Source: a virus
Length of the DNA: 41,797 nt
Strand: one strand, 5' to 3'
IMG/VR virus record: IMGVR_UViG_3300029437_000019
Span: 1-41,797 of that record
In this document: one piece after another, positions 1-7,049 of the stretch
How the letters are laid out: each line of letters starts with the position of its first letter
Position numbering within the stretch: the first letter of the stretch is position 1
Notes under the pieces: generated by a model
Databases searched by the model: none
Told to the model about the DNA's origin: nothing
What the model saw: the letters and a program-made list of their open reading frames with translations, nothing else
Position numbers and translations under genes: made by a program

Positions 1-99
1 GTGCTTGACATACCACTCATTGAGTGGTATTATATAAGTGTAAAGAGCAAGACCCCACAAAACAAAATATTTGGAGGAAATTAAAATGGCAAAGGTTAT
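1..99. repeat. Terminal direct repeat, copy 1 (identical to 41699-41797)
   Basis: Read directly: gtgcttgacataccactcattgag...aaaatggcaaaggttat is present at both ends. Confidence 0.95.
5..33 (+). promoter_or_regulatory. Sigma-70-type promoter with embedded palindromic operator
   Basis: TTGACA (5-10), 17-nt spacer, TATTAT (28-33). The spacer plus -10 edge forms the perfect palindrome TACCACTCA-T-TGAGTGGTA (11-29). Confidence 0.7.
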
Positions 100-286
100 C
101 AATTCTTACGGCACCGAGATCAACTACAATGCGGCTGTCGAGCTGATGGACGACGAGCTGCGCGAAGAGGTTCACGCTGACCTCGCCCCCTGCACCGAGC
201 AGGAGTTTTTCGATGAGTACGCCCGCCGTCACGCCGAGCGCTTCGGCGAGACCTGGGAGATGGATAAGCGGAATCCCTGCTATTGA
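86..286 (+). CDS. Small acidic protein, unknown function (MAKVINSYGTEINYNAAVELMDDELREEVH...)
   Basis: ATG at 86 sits 8 nt after GGAGG (73-77), inside ORF 71-286, directly downstream of the promoter at 5-33. Confidence 0.7.
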   Translation: MAKVINSYGTEINYNAAVELMDDELREEVHADLAPCTEQEFFDEYARRHAERFGETWEMDKRNPCY

Positions 287-294
287 GGCGCGCC

Positions 295-642
295 ATGCTC
301 GACCCTCATACCCGCGATTATCTCCGCGCCGCGTCCTACTGTTTCAGCGACCGTGAGGCTTTCATCGCCGACCTGTCCCGCGACGACGTGTGGCTCGACC
401 CGGACGACGCAGACATTCCAGCAGATCGTCTGACCCTCCTCGGCAGCATCTACGATCTGACGCACGCCACCGTCCGCGGCCTGTGTAAGCAGTATTCCCT
501 TTCTCACGCCCAGTTCGCCGCCCGGTTCTGCATCCCGCTTCGCACCGTGGACAACTGGTGCACGGGCGAGCGCAAAGCTCCCGCTTATGTAGTCGCCATG
601 GCAGCCGAGCTGCTCGCCGCTGACGAGGCCGCGCGCTGGTAA
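295..642 (+). CDS. Small protein with C-terminal helix-turn-helix (..FAARFCIPLRTVDNWCTGERKAPAYV..)
   Basis: ATG at 295 sits 6 nt after GAGG and follows the upstream TGA (284-286). The HTH-like segment is typical of small XRE-like phage/ICE proteins. Confidence 0.65.
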   Translation: MLDPHTRDYLRAASYCFSDREAFIADLSRDDVWLDPDDADIPADRLTLLGSIYDLTHATVRGLCKQYSLSHAQFAARFCIPLRTVDNWCTGERKAPAYVVAMAAELLAADEAARW

Positions 643-653
643 CTGCAAATCAT

Positions 654-683
654 AATCGCCCGGAGGACGACCTCCGGGCGATT
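654..683. terminator. Bidirectional hairpin between convergent genes
   Basis: AATCGCCCGGAGG (654-666), loop ACGA, CCTCCGGGCGATT (671-683). It sits between the + stop at 642 and the - stop at 682. Confidence 0.7.
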
Positions 684-945
684 ACCATCTCTTGTACACT
701 TTCTCCCGCATCCGGCACAGCGTCTGGATGCTCACATAGTGCTCAATGCTCACGCGCTGCACGTCGCTGTCGTCGTGCAGCAGCCATTCCCGCAGCGCGC
801 CGATGTATGCGGCATCGCCGCCTGCCGCATCAGCGATCAGGCGGTCTATTTTGTCTTGTCGATTTTTTGGCAGGTCGTCGTAGTTGACGAGCGTAAAATA
901 GATCCTCCCCTGCTTGCGGTAGGGCATTTTCAGCCCGCGCTGCAT
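682..945 (-). CDS. Small protein with C-terminal HTH / sigma-region-4-like segment; start ambiguous (945 or 927)
   Basis: ATG at 945 follows the Rep stop (947-949). The C-terminus reads ..VSIEHYVSIQTLCRMREKVYKRW. Last gene of the early operon. Confidence 0.5.
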   Translation of the reverse strand: MQRGLKMPYRKQGRIYFTLVNYDDLPKNRQDKIDRLIADAAGGDAAYIGALREWLLHDDSDVQRVSIEHYVSIQTLCRMREKVYKRW

Positions 946-946
946 C

Positions 947-1831
947 TTAAATCCCACGCTCGCCGCCTCCGTCCTCTGTGCGGCTTTCCCGCTTTTTTGG
1001 CACATAGCGGACGTACTGTACCACTGTCTCCTCGTTATACTCCGCCCGCTCCAGCACGCTGGCGCCCGCCGGGACTCTGATCTCCGGATTTCCCAGCACC
1101 TCTCTCTCCGTAATCACCGGGAGCAGCATTCCGCGGCTCACGGCGTATTTTTTCGCGTCCGGCTGGCGGCGCACCTGCCGCAGCAGGTATACCGCCACCG
1201 GCGTGTAATCCTTTTGCCCTCTCAGCCGGCGGATATCCACGGAGCCGAGCCGCCACTGCTGCTGCAAAAGATCCCACGACAGCCCCGCCGCCGCAATCAC
1301 CAGATGATGGTGGATGCGCACCGCCTCGCCTGTGTCCCCGTCAATGTCCGAGGTCACGGCAATGTATTTCAGGCTCCCGGCCTTCCGCTTGATTCTCCGC
1401 AGCCACAGGTTCATCTGCTTCTCCGCCTCCGCGCGCAGCAGCTCGCAGGCAGCGGAGAATTCGTTTTTCTCTCCCTCTGCCTGCACCGTCTCCTGTCCCC
1501 TTTTCGCGGCCCTCCATTCTCCGATCTCGCCAACCCTTGCGCCCATCGCCCACAGAGTCTGCTCCTCCGTCAGCTTTGCTTTTCTGCACAGCGCTTCCAG
1601 CCCCGCCGGATCGTAGTCCAGCGTGATCAGCAGCCCGTTTTCGTGCGAGTAGTTGCAGTTCAGGATTCTTGCCATCTTCCGCAGGGCCGAATTAAAATTC
1701 GCTTCCTGCTTCCGGTAGGTGGTGTTTCCCTTTTTGCGGGAGGATCTGGGGCGTGCGTGGTCGCCGACGACGTATCTCGTCCGCTCCACCACGCCGTTGG
1801 CGCACACATATTTCCGTTCCATGATCTTCAT
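947..1831 (-). CDS. Putative HUH-superfamily replication initiator (Rep-like)
   Basis: 294 aa. HUH-like motif VRIHHHLVI (H174-H176, nt 1304-1312). Downstream Tyr-containing segment KDYTPVAVYLLRQV. RBS GAGGGAG upstream of the ATG at 1831. Confidence 0.5.
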   Translation of the reverse strand: MKIMERKYVCANGVVERTRYVVGDHARPRSSRKKGNTTYRKQEANFNSALRKMARILNCNYSHENGLLITLDYDPAGLEALCRKAKLTEEQTLWAMGARVGEIGEWRAAKRGQETVQAEGEKNEFSAACELLRAEAEKQMNLWLRRIKRKAGSLKYIAVTSDIDGDTGEAVRIHHHLVIAAAGLSWDLLQQQWRLGSVDIRRLRGQKDYTPVAVYLLRQVRRQPDAKKYAVSRGMLLPVITEREVLGNPEIRVPAGASVLERAEYNEETVVQYVRYVPKKRESRTEDGGGERGI

Positions 1832-1885
1832 CCTCGCTCCCTCATTCCAGTTGGTCGTAAACTTAGGTCTTTACCGAGCCGCGAA

Positions 1886-1905
1886 AATACGCGCGCGCGC
1901 GTATT
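1886..1905. promoter_or_regulatory. Perfect 20-nt palindrome AATAC(GC)5GTATT next to a TA-rich tract; candidate origin/operator
   Basis: Read directly. On the - strand a TATAAT (revcomp of 1903-1908) overlaps its edge, about 70 nt upstream of the Rep start. Confidence 0.4.
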
Positions 1906-1997
1906 ATATATAGTGTTGATCCGGTCCTCTATTTCCTGTCCGCTGCGCGGGCCGGTAATACAATCCCCGATCGCTGGCCGGTTCCCCGGCCAGCTTT

Positions 1998-2219
1998 TCA
2001 TTTCTGTCGCTTCTGCCACCGCCGGAGCGCCGCCGTCTCCACAGCCACCTTTGCCTCCAGCGCCTCTGCGATGTCCACATTGAGGAGGCTTGCGGCCTGC
2101 ATCCTCGCGTCTATCGTCGCGTATGCCCTTACCTCCACCGGGTCGTGCCCCGGCAGCAGCACCTGCATCCGCACCGGCTCGCGGAACACATAGCCGCCCG
2201 CTGCCGCCGTCCCGTGCAT
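1998..2219 (-). CDS. Hypothetical protein (73 aa, MHGTAAAGGYVFREPVRMQVLL...)
   Basis: The ATG at 2217-2219 overlaps the upstream stop (TGATG coupling), inside ORF 1998-2363. Confidence 0.55.
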   Translation of the reverse strand: MHGTAAAGGYVFREPVRMQVLLPGHDPVEVRAYATIDARMQAASLLNVDIAEALEAKVAVETAALRRWQKRQK

Positions 2220-2380
2220 CACGCCCTTCTGAGCCGCAGCACCTCCATGTCCCGCGCCGTTTTCGGCCATCTCACATCCAGCGCTCTTGCCGCGTTCTTG
2301 GTCGCCTCCAGCCTGTCCCTGCCTTTTACCTCCGTTGTCCTGTCGCCAAGCGTCACCCGCCATATGTATTGCACCTCCAT
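2219..2380 (-). CDS. Hypothetical protein (53 aa, MEVQYIWRVTLGDRTTEVKG...)
   Basis: ATG at 2380 sits 6 nt after AGGAGAG and immediately after the upstream stop (2382-2384). Confidence 0.55.
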   Translation of the reverse strand: MEVQYIWRVTLGDRTTEVKGRDRLEATKNAARALDVRWPKTARDMEVLRLRRA

Positions 2381-2381
2381 G

Positions 2382-2690
2382 TCAAGCTCTCCTATCCGGC
2401 AGCCGCCCCGTTGCGTGCACATATCCGCGCAGCTTTCCGTAGCTCCCGTAGCCTTCGCGCCGGTACGTCCACGCCAGCGCCGCGACTTCTTCCAGTTGCA
2501 TCCCCTCCAGTGGGTTCTGCCCGCTTGCCTGTCGCTCCCGCGCCACCGCTTCCAGCTCTGCCGTGTTGATTTTCCCGTGTACGTGGATCGTCCTCCCCTC
2601 CGCCTGGCACTCCTCGCAGATCCACAGCCGCCGGGGATTCATCCGCTTGCCGCAGCATTTGCATATTCTCACTTTAGGTCTGCGTCCCAT
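2382..2690 (-). CDS. Zn-ribbon protein (CKCCGK...CEEC)
   Basis: 102 aa; GGAGGAGG lies 6 nt upstream of the ATG at 2690; N-terminal CxxC..CxxC. Confidence 0.65.
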   Translation of the reverse strand: MGRRPKVRICKCCGKRMNPRRLWICEECQAEGRTIHVHGKINTAELEAVARERQASGQNPLEGMQLEEVAALAWTYRREGYGSYGKLRGYVHATGRLPDRRA

Positions 2691-2691
2691 T

Positions 2692-2946
2692 TCATTCCTC
2701 CTCCACTATTTTCATGCATTCTGATGCGCATTTACTCCCGTTTTTGTACACAACTCTGATCCAGTTGTGCCGCCTGTTGATTTCCTTCACCACGCACCTG
2801 GTAACTCTCCCCACCTTGCTCTCGTCTGCGCAGTTTACCGGCAGCCGGAGCGTCAGCCCAATCTTCAGCTTTTCCGCCGGTATTCGCGCATCCCAGTGCG
2901 CCTCCCCGCCCGGCGTCCGCCGCGGGTTGATCAGTACGTAGGTCAT
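2692..2946 (-). CDS. Hypothetical protein (84 aa)
   Basis: ATGA overlap with the upstream stop (2943-2946); no gaps in the operon. Confidence 0.6.
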   Translation of the reverse strand: MTYVLINPRRTPGGEAHWDARIPAEKLKIGLTLRLPVNCADESKVGRVTRCVVKEINRRHNWIRVVYKNGSKCASECMKIVEEE

Positions 2947-3203
2947 TTTCCCGTCTCCGTCACGACCGTCAGCGACGCATATACGGTGTCGTAGCGTTCA
3001 TTCGGCTCTACCTCAAATTTGATCAGGTGTCCTCGCAGCAGTGCGCGCGCAATGTTGATCGCGACCCACTCCTGCCACGCGATGCTTTTCGTGATGTCGA
3101 CTTCTTTCCGAACCGGATACTCTTGCCGCAGAGTCACCGACTGCGTATATCCGCCAAGCCGCCGAATCAGACATTCCCTCAGTTTTTTAGCCATTTCTTT
3201 CAC
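2943..3203 (-). CDS. Hypothetical protein (86 aa)
   Basis: GTG at 3203 sits 6 nt after GGGAGGAGG; GTGA overlap with the upstream stop. Confidence 0.6.
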   Translation of the reverse strand: MKEMAKKLRECLIRRLGGYTQSVTLRQEYPVRKEVDITKSIAWQEWVAINIARALLRGHLIKFEVEPNERYDTVYASLTVVTETGK

Positions 3204-3514
3204 GCTGTGCCTCCTCCCAAGTCCGCATCATATCCTCCGGAGGCAAAGCCCACACGCACGCGCTGCGGCTCTGCTGTGTTGGTAATACGTTCCGCCCGGC
3301 TGCAATAGTCCTGCGGAGTGATCGTCCCGCCATACTCGCAGCACCACCAGCCCGTCCCGCTCTGCCGCAAGTTCTGGCAATCTTTACACCGCACCACCGG
3401 CGCAACGTCGGCGGCGGGTGCTTCCCAGATTGGGCAACTCTGCCTATCGCAATGCTCATTACTGCATCGGCAATAATTTTCGCAGTATTCTTCCTTGTTG
3501 ATGTATTCAGGCAT
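3200..3514 (-). CDS. Cys-rich protein (MPEYINKEEYCENYCRCSNEHCDRQSCP...)
   Basis: ATG at 3514 sits 6 nt after GAGGAGG, inside ORF 3200-3631. Confidence 0.6.
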   Translation of the reverse strand: MPEYINKEEYCENYCRCSNEHCDRQSCPIWEAPAADVAPVVRCKDCQNLRQSGTGWWCCEYGGTITPQDYCSRAERITNTAEPQRVRVGFASGGYDADLGGGTA

Positions 3515-3803
3515 TGTCGTCCTCCTCTCCTGCTTTTCTGTGCGGCGCTCCCGGAATCCATACCTGCTCACGGCAGGCGTAGCATATCCCGTCCTCTTTC
3601 CACGCGCCTTGCCCGTATTTGCAGTCGCCACACATTGGCATCGCCGTCATCTTCCTGCCACAGTGTGGGCAATAGTCTGTGATCTCTCTCGCATTCGTCC
3701 CTTGACCACGCCGGTATCTTGCAAACGGCATCCACATTCCACAGCTCGTGCATTGCGGAGTGTCTGCCTCATATACTCTCCATTCATCCATTTTCAGCAC
3801 CAT
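3507..3803 (-). CDS. Cys-rich Zn-ribbon protein (CTSCG..CPHCG..CGDC..CYAC)
   Basis: 98-aa ORF with four CxxC pairs; start could be 3803 or 3791. Confidence 0.55.
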   Translation of the reverse strand: MVLKMDEWRVYEADTPQCTSCGMWMPFARYRRGQGTNAREITDYCPHCGRKMTAMPMCGDCKYGQGAWKEDGICYACREQVWIPGAPHRKAGEEDDNA

Positions 3804-4101
3804 TCCATTCTACTTTTGCGCCGAAGTACGTGCGCAGTTTCGGCTTGATGTCGTCCGGCACGTCCGGCTTTAGGATGTTTGCCCACGACAACACCCGCCA
3901 GAACGGATTGTTCCCACCGAGGCTGCTAAAATACCGTCTTTCTGCGTCGTACAAATCGCCGTCCATTTCGACGTCCCCGGCGCTGACAAGCAGCTCGTTG
4001 GTATCCGGATCGCGAATATCCTGCTGCGCCTCAAGGATCACGTAATACTCGCCGCTCTCCGGCGGCGCGATCTTGCCGTTAATCCAGTTTACTTTTGCCA
4101 T
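3784..4101 (-). CDS. Hypothetical protein (105 aa)
   Basis: AAGGAGG lies 6 nt upstream of the ATG at 4101. Confidence 0.65.
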   Translation of the reverse strand: MAKVNWINGKIAPPESGEYYVILEAQQDIRDPDTNELLVSAGDVEMDGDLYDAERRYFSSLGGNNPFWRVLSWANILKPDVPDDIKPKLRTYFGAKVEWNGAENG

Positions 4102-4134
4102 TCTGCGCCTCCTTCAATAATGTCATCCGCTCCA

Positions 4135-4410
4135 TCACACACCCAGCCTTTCCTTGATCGAATTTAACATCGCGTCGATGCGCGCCATGCGCTCGGCGTG
4201 CTGTGCACACACGTCCCGGAAGCAGCGCGGTTCATCCGGCGGAGTATCATGTTCTCCGCAACCAAAGAGGTTGCCATCCAGTACCCGCACAGTTTCCTCA
4301 ATGTTCCTCGCAATCTCTTCCGACTTCGCGACCAGCTTAAAAATGCTCTCCTGATCTCTGATTGATGCTTCGCATTTTGTTTCCGTAAGTGCAATTTTGC
4401 TGTATTCCAT
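4135..4410 (-). CDS. Hypothetical protein (91 aa, MEYSKIALTE...)
   Basis: The ATG at 4410 sits 7 nt after GGAGGT, which makes it preferable to the ORF-track start at 4425. Confidence 0.6.
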   Translation of the reverse strand: MEYSKIALTETKCEASIRDQESIFKLVAKSEEIARNIEETVRVLDGNLFGCGEHDTPPDEPRCFRDVCAQHAERMARIDAMLNSIKERLGV

Positions 4411-4434
4411 TGTTTTTACCTCCATCTTCCTTCT

Positions 4435-4746
4435 TCATATCGTCTCATATGTGACTATCCAGATGCCGCCATACTCCTCGGCACATTCGTGCTCGATTCT
4501 GCATCCGCGTGCTTCTTCCCAGCCCTTGGCAAAGTATGCGATGTCTGCCGTGGAGAGCAGCTCCAGGGATTTTCCGAGGTACCAAAGCGGTTTTGCGTCC
4601 GCCGGGGCACCTTGAATAAAACTGTCGATCACTACAACCTTTTCCATCAGTGAAGCTTCTACTTCATGTTTCGCCTGCGCACGCACCGCCAGAATCTCCT
4701 CGTCCGTCTTGCCCCGCATGGGCTGCGAAATAAATAGCTTTTTCAT
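4435..4746 (-). CDS. DUF4406-like / nucleoside 2-deoxyribosyltransferase-like protein
   Basis: MKKLFISQPMRGKTDEEI... is the N-terminal pattern typical of that family. AGGAGGT lies 6 nt upstream of the ATG at 4746. Confidence 0.5.
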   Translation of the reverse strand: MKKLFISQPMRGKTDEEILAVRAQAKHEVEASLMEKVVVIDSFIQGAPADAKPLWYLGKSLELLSTADIAYFAKGWEEARGCRIEHECAEEYGGIWIVTYETI

Positions 4747-4750
4747 CGGT

Positions 4751-5095
4751 TTACCTCCTGATTTTTTGATCTTTGATAAACGGGTATCGCACTGCAAACG
4801 GCTGCAAATCCCCGCCAAAAATGTCCTTCAGCGCCCGGTCAAGCCTGTCCTGCTGGTAATCCTGCTCCGGGCCGGGAGACCATGCATCCGCAAACTCATG
4901 CACAATCTCCTGTACACGCTGGCACACGGTCTTGACCTTTGCCGGGCCGAGTACGCCTTTCGCGCCCATGACCGCCGGATCGCGCAAGGCCAGCGCCAGC
5001 GCGTCAAAGACCTGCTGCTGCCCGACCTCCGTCCCAATTTGCAGCAGGCGATCCTGCACATCCGCCTGCCGTTTCAGGTATCCGCTCTGTTTCAT
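4751..5095 (-). CDS. Hypothetical protein (114 aa)
   Basis: ATGA overlap with the upstream stop (5092-5095). Confidence 0.6.
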   Translation of the reverse strand: MKQSGYLKRQADVQDRLLQIGTEVGQQQVFDALALALRDPAVMGAKGVLGPAKVKTVCQRVQEIVHEFADAWSPGPEQDYQQDRLDRALKDIFGGDLQPFAVRYPFIKDQKIRR

Positions 5096-5448
5096 ACATC
5101 CACACCCGGCAGCGGCATCCAGTGCGTGACCTCCGACCGGCCGCGATGGATAAAATGGTCAATCGCCCAGTAGCCCTTATCCACATTCCGCACGCCGTTT
5201 TTGCTCTGCGTCAGCACAAGCACTTCCTCTTGATCCGGCGGAATCTTATCCGCTGCCGGAATCCACCTCGGCACCTGCGCTTTCAGCTTCTCGATCTCCG
5301 CCGCCTGCGCCTCGATCAGGTCGGCGGCTTCTGTGTCTTTTTCATTGCAGCGGAACTTCCATGCCGGAATGTTGAAGTATGGGCAAGGTCGGCAGCTTTC
5401 CTCGTTGCCGCACGTCCGCAGCGCCAGCACGATTTCTTCTTTGTTCAC
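5092..5448 (-). CDS. DUF551-like protein
   Basis: GTG at 5448 sits 6 nt after GGAGGAAA and overlaps the methyltransferase stop (GTGA). The C-terminal ..WIPAADKIPPDQEEVLVL...THWMPLP resembles the DUF551 signature. Confidence 0.55.
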   Translation of the reverse strand: MNKEEIVLALRTCGNEESCRPCPYFNIPAWKFRCNEKDTEAADLIEAQAAEIEKLKAQVPRWIPAADKIPPDQEEVLVLTQSKNGVRNVDKGYWAIDHFIHRGRSEVTHWMPLPGVDV

Positions 5449-6386
5449 GTCGTTTCCTCCATTCTTGTCAATTCCTCCCGCAATGCGCGGAAGATTGGAT
5501 ATGCCTGCTGCGGTACTACCGCGTTTCCGAGGCATTTAAGTCTGTCCACCCGATGGGGAATCCCTGAAGCCATTCTACCCACGTCGGGTTCAACTGCCCA
5601 CCAATCTGGTCGTTGAGGTTGTTCGCGCGTTTTGGATCCTCCCACCTTCTTCTCTGCCCCGTCCGATAATCCCTCGCACACGGCGTAGCAAGCATTTCCA
5701 ATGCCACAGCCTGCGTCAGATTGCATTTCCCCAGTTCCTTCTGCCTGGACGGCGGGACGGATTGCAGGACATCCTTGCCCTCGTTCGCCCTCGGCGTCGG
5801 CCAGAGCCTTACTGCTCGCGGAAGGTCTAAACTGTGTCGCGAATTCCCCGCTTGCTGTGTGCTTTTCATCCGTTCCTTCGCAGGATCGAGCGCCGTCGGC
5901 GTAGGCCACAAAGAACACCCTTGCTCTCCTGTGCCACGCTCCGACAGCCGCAGCTTCAAAATTGAACACGACGACGTGATACCCTGCCTGCTCCAGATCC
6001 TTGACCACTTGCCCGGCGGCAATCCTGAGGATTCCAGGTACGTTCTCACCGACAACGCAATGCGGGCGCAGCTCTCGGATAACTCGGAGCATCTCAGGCC
6101 ATAGGTAACGGTCATCCACTTTTCCTTTTTGCTTTCCTGCCACGGAAAACGGTTGACAGGGGAATCCGCCGGAAATAACGTCAACTGTTCGTAGTCCTGT
6201 TCGCTCATAGAAGCTCTCCTTTGTCAAAGTCCGGATGTCGCGCCAGCGCGGCACGTCCGGCCAGTGCTTTTCCAGCACTTTTGTAGGATAGTCGGCAAAT
6301 TCACACTGTCCGACGGTTTCAAACCCGGCCCATTCCGCCGCCAGATCCAGGCCTCCGATGCCGCTAAACAGGCTCAGATGCGTCAC
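5445..6386 (-). CDS. DNA (cytosine-5)-methyltransferase
   Basis: Motif I FSGIGG, motif IV GFPCQPFS, motif VI ENVPG, HRRARVFFVA, and C-terminal RVDRLKCLGNAVVPQ. GTG at 6386 sits 6 nt after GGAGGTG. Confidence 0.85.
   Translation of the reverse strand: MTHLSLFSGIGGLDLAAEWAGFETVGQCEFADYPTKVLEKHWPDVPRWRDIRTLTKESFYERTGLRTVDVISGGFPCQPFSVAGKQKGKVDDRYLWPEMLRVIRELRPHCVVGENVPGILRIAAGQVVKDLEQAGYHVVVFNFEAAAVGAWHRRARVFFVAYADGARSCEGTDEKHTASGEFATQFRPSASSKALADAEGERGQGCPAIRPAVQAEGTGEMQSDAGCGIGNACYAVCEGLSDGAEKKVGGSKTREQPQRPDWWAVEPDVGRMASGIPHRVDRLKCLGNAVVPQQAYPIFRALREELTRMEETT
5516..6208 (-). CDS. Overlapping alternative-frame ORF inside the methyltransferase gene (230 aa); coding status unresolved
   Basis: Frame-shifted reading contains LWPTPTALD, LWPTPRANEGK, MLATPCARDYR and a C-terminal LNPTWVEWLQGFPIGWTDL. 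See findings. Confidence 0.3.
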   Translation of the reverse strand: MSEQDYEQLTLFPADSPVNRFPWQESKKEKWMTVTYGLRCSELSESCARIALSVRTYLESSGLPPGKWSRIWSRQGITSSCSILKLRLSERGTGEQGCSLWPTPTALDPAKERMKSTQQAGNSRHSLDLPRAVRLWPTPRANEGKDVLQSVPPSRQKELGKCNLTQAVALEMLATPCARDYRTGQRRRWEDPKRANNLNDQIGGQLNPTWVEWLQGFPIGWTDLNASETR

Positions 6387-6389
6387 CCG

Positions 6390-7049
6390 TCACACCTCCA
6401 CAAATTTCCCGCCGACGCACTTGTACCACGTCTTTTCTTTGATCGTTACGCCGTCCACGATTCCGGCTGCGACGGAGACAATCTGGTATGTGTTGCCATC
6501 CCATTCGCCACGCTCCACGGCGAAGATCGCGCAGCCGATAGCGCCCATTACACGGCCATCACGTCCGGACGCCATAGCGGCCGACGCTTCGCCAGTCGCA
6601 GAGGCCGCGCCCCGTTCGCCCGTCGCAGAGGCCGCGCCCCAATTGCCCGTCGCAGAGGCCGCGCCCTGATCGCCCGTCACATGCTTATCCGGAGACCCTT
6701 TCGCCTTTTTGATCTTTTCGTCGAAACCTATGGTGTTCTTGACCCATTCGATTTGTGCTTTGACGAGGCCGGGAATCCCGATTTCAGCGCCGATTTTTAT
6801 CGTTTTCGCGCAAATCTTGCTGTCATTGCTTTTCTCGTCGCACACTTCGTCCAGTTCTACCATCCGGTAGATGCTTCCATCTCCCGGCGGATAGTATCCA
6901 AGCACATCCAGCGGCATTGTGCAGGCGTGCGCTCCCTCTTCGCAAAGAACCGCTCTGGGCATGTGATAGGTTTCGCCCTCTTCGTACTGGAAGTCTCTGC
7001 ACTTCATGTTTTTGTCAAAGCCCTTGTAAGCGATAATTGGTTCGCTCAT
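6390..7049 (-). CDS. Repeat-containing phage protein (N-terminal AYKGFDKNMKCRDFQYEEGETY; G-x-x-GAASATG repeats)
   Basis: 219 aa. GGAGGAAA precedes the ATG at 7049. ATGA overlap with the upstream gene. Confidence 0.7.
   Translation of the reverse strand: MSEPIIAYKGFDKNMKCRDFQYEEGETYHMPRAVLCEEGAHACTMPLDVLGYYPPGDGSIYRMVELDEVCDEKSNDSKICAKTIKIGAEIGIPGLVKAQIEWVKNTIGFDEKIKKAKGSPDKHVTGDQGAASATGNWGAASATGERGAASATGEASAAMASGRDGRVMGAIGCAIFAVERGEWDGNTYQIVSVAAGIVDGVTIKEKTWYKCVGGKFVEV
6591..6671 (-). repeat. 27-nt tandem repeat x3, in-frame
   Basis: Units at 6591-6617, 6618-6644 and 6645-6671 (gcc[a/c]gtcgcagaggccgcgccc...) encode GDQGAASAT / GNWGAASAT / GERGAASAT. Confidence 0.9.

Noticed and set aside
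1214-2083. 289-aa + strand ORF opposite the Rep-like gene.
   Set aside because: It is Pro/Arg/Leu-rich, antisense to an RBS-preceded gene, and has no start context.
6591-6671. Possible CRISPR-like or minisatellite array.
   Set aside because: The units are contiguous with no spacers, number only three, are 27 nt long and in-frame within a protein-coding gene. This is a coding tandem repeat, not a CRISPR array.
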